Below, one piece after another: positions 10,026 through 11,386 of a stretch of DNA of 11,386 nt. Positions within the stretch are counted from its first letter, which is position 1, and each line of letters opens with the position of its first letter. Source of the DNA: a virus; the UHGV virus genome UHGV-1619847; one strand, given 5' to 3'. Below the pieces are notes generated by a model. It was given only the letters and a program-made list of their open reading frames with translations, did not search any database and was not told where the DNA came from. Both the position numbers and the translations under genes were made by a program.

Positions 10026-10417
10026 AACATACTGAACTCCGTGCAGCCGTACTGGATGCACTGGAGAAGCATGACACCGGGGCGACGCTTTTTGATGGTC
10101 GCCCCGCTGTTTTTGATGAGGAAGATTTTCCGGCAATTGCCGTTTATCTCACCGGCGCTGAATACACGGGCGAAGAGCTGGACAGCGATACCTGGCAGGC
10201 GGAGCTGCATATTGAAGTTTTCCTGCCTGCTCAGGTGCCGGATTCAGAGCTGGATGCGTGGATGGAGTCCCGGATTTATCCGGTGATGAGCGATATCCCG
10301 GCACTGTCAGATTTGATCACCAGTATGGTGGTCAGTGGCTATGACTACCGGCGCGACGATGATGCGGGCCTGTGGAGTTCAGCCGATCTGACTTATGTCA
10401 TTACCTATGAAATGTGA
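10022..10417 (+). CDS. U: Tail terminator protein gpU
   Basis: 131-aa product [67 protein letters not shown]... matches lambda gpU. Confidence 0.92.
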   Translation: MKHTELRAAVLDALEKHDTGATLFDGRPAVFDEEDFPAIAVYLTGAEYTGEELDSDTWQAELHIEVFLPAQVPDSELDAWMESRIYPVMSDIPALSDLITSMVVSGYDYRRDDDAGLWSSADLTYVITYEM

Positions 10418-10424
10418 GGACGCT

Positions 10425-11165
10425 ATGCCTGTACCAAATCCTACAATGCCGGTGAAAGGTGCCGGGACCACCCTGTGGGTTTATAAGGGGAGCGGTGACC
10501 CTTATGCGAATCCGCTTTCAGACGTTGACTGGTCGCGTCTGGCAAAAGTTAAAGACCTGACGCCCGGCGAACTGACCGCTGAGTCCTATGACGACAGCTA
10601 TCTCGATGATAAAGATGCAGACTGGACTGCGACCGGGCAGGGGCAGAAATCTGCCGGAGATACCAGCTTCACGCTGGCGTGGATGCCCGGAGAGCAGGGG
10701 CAGCAGGCGCTGCTGGCGTGGTTTAATGAAGGTGATACCCGTGCCTATAAAATCCGCTTCCCGAACGGCACGGTCGATGTGTTCCGTGGCTGGGTCAGCA
10801 GTATCGGTAAGGCGGTGACGGCGAAGGAAGTGATCACCCGCACGGTGAAGGTCACCAATGTGGGCCGTCCGTCGATGGCAGAAGATCACAGCACGGTCAC
10901 AGCGGCAACCGGCATGACCGTGACGCCTGCCAGCACCTCGGTGGTGAAAGGGCAGAGCACCACGCTGACCGTGGCATTCCAGCCGGAAGGCGCAACCGAC
11001 AAGAGCTTCCGTGCGGTGTCTGCGGATAAAACAAAAGCCACCGTGTCGGTCAGTGGTATGACCATCACCGTGAACGGCGTTGCTGCAGGCAAGGTCAACA
11101 TTCCGGTCGTATCCGGTAATGGTGAGTTTGCTGCGGTTGCAGAAATCACCGTCACCGCCAGTTAA
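10425..11165 (+). CDS. V: Major tail tube protein gpV with C-terminal Ig-like (Big_2-type) domain
   Basis: ATG at 10425 preceded by GAGGA gives [31 protein letters not shown]..., 246 aa as in lambda gpV. C-terminal roughly 80 residues ([34 protein letters not shown]...ITVTAS) have Ig-like strand periodicity. The ORF-track start at 10395 lies inside U. Confidence 0.92.
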   Translation: MPVPNPTMPVKGAGTTLWVYKGSGDPYANPLSDVDWSRLAKVKDLTPGELTAESYDDSYLDDKDADWTATGQGQKSAGDTSFTLAWMPGEQGQQALLAWFNEGDTRAYKIRFPNGTVDVFRGWVSSIGKAVTAKEVITRTVKVTNVGRPSMAEDHSTVTAATGMTVTPASTSVVKGQSTTLTVAFQPEGATDKSFRAVSADKTKATVSVSGMTITVNGVAAGKVNIPVVSGNGEFAAVAEITVTAS

Positions 11166-11180
11166 TCCGGAGAGTCAGCG

Positions 11181-11386
11181 ATGTTCCTGAAAACCGAATC
11201 ATTTGAACATAACGGTGTGACCGTCACGCTTTCTGAACTGTCAGCCCTGCAGCGTATTGAGCATCTCGCCCTGATGAAACGGCAGGCAGAACAGGCGGAG
11301 TCAGACAGCAACCGGAAGTTTACTGTGGAAGACGCCATCAGAACCGGCGCTTTTCTGGTGGCGATGTCCCTGTGGCATAACCATCC
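11181..11386 (+). CDS. G: Tail assembly chaperone gpG, 5' partial (runs off the window)
   Basis: ATG at 11181 preceded by GGAGAG; MFLKTESFEHNGVTVTLSELSALQRIEHLALMKRQAEQAESDSNRKFTVEDAIRTGAFLVAMSLWHNH... matches the lambda gpG N-terminus. The G/GT frameshift site is downstream of the window. Confidence 0.85.
   Translation, partial: MFLKTESFEHNGVTVTLSELSALQRIEHLALMKRQAEQAESDSNRKFTVEDAIRTGAFLVAMSLWHNH

Overview
This window is a lambda-like (lambdoid, cos-type siphovirus) genome segment, most likely a prophage or a circular/concatemeric form because the cos site is internal rather than at an end. From left to right: (i) positions 1-583, a stretch with no ORF of 60 codons or more and two adjacent hairpins that look like a convergent terminator pair; (ii) positions 584-1430, a strongly AT-rich two-gene cassette on the minus strand (about 33% G+C in a 100-nt sample I counted at 601-700, against about 65% at 6001-6100 in the head genes), encoding an Arc/Mnt-like ribbon-helix-helix protein followed by a 136-141 aa protein I cannot assign to any family; (iii) a complete cos packaging site (cosQ-region palindrome, cosN 12-nt cohesive end GGGCGGCGACCT, cosB with R3/R2/R1 repeats); (iv) the canonical lambda head and proximal tail module on the plus strand: nu1, A, W, B, C with nested nu3, D, E, FI, FII, Z, U, V and the 5' part of G, with proteins near-identical to lambda as I recall them. 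The head/tail module is well-characterised biology. The best candidate for something undescribed is the AT-rich RHH-plus-unknown cassette just upstream of cos, which looks like horizontally acquired cargo (candidate regulator/effector, toxin-antitoxin or phage-exclusion module). All calls are made by eye from the sequence and from memory of lambda; no searches were run.
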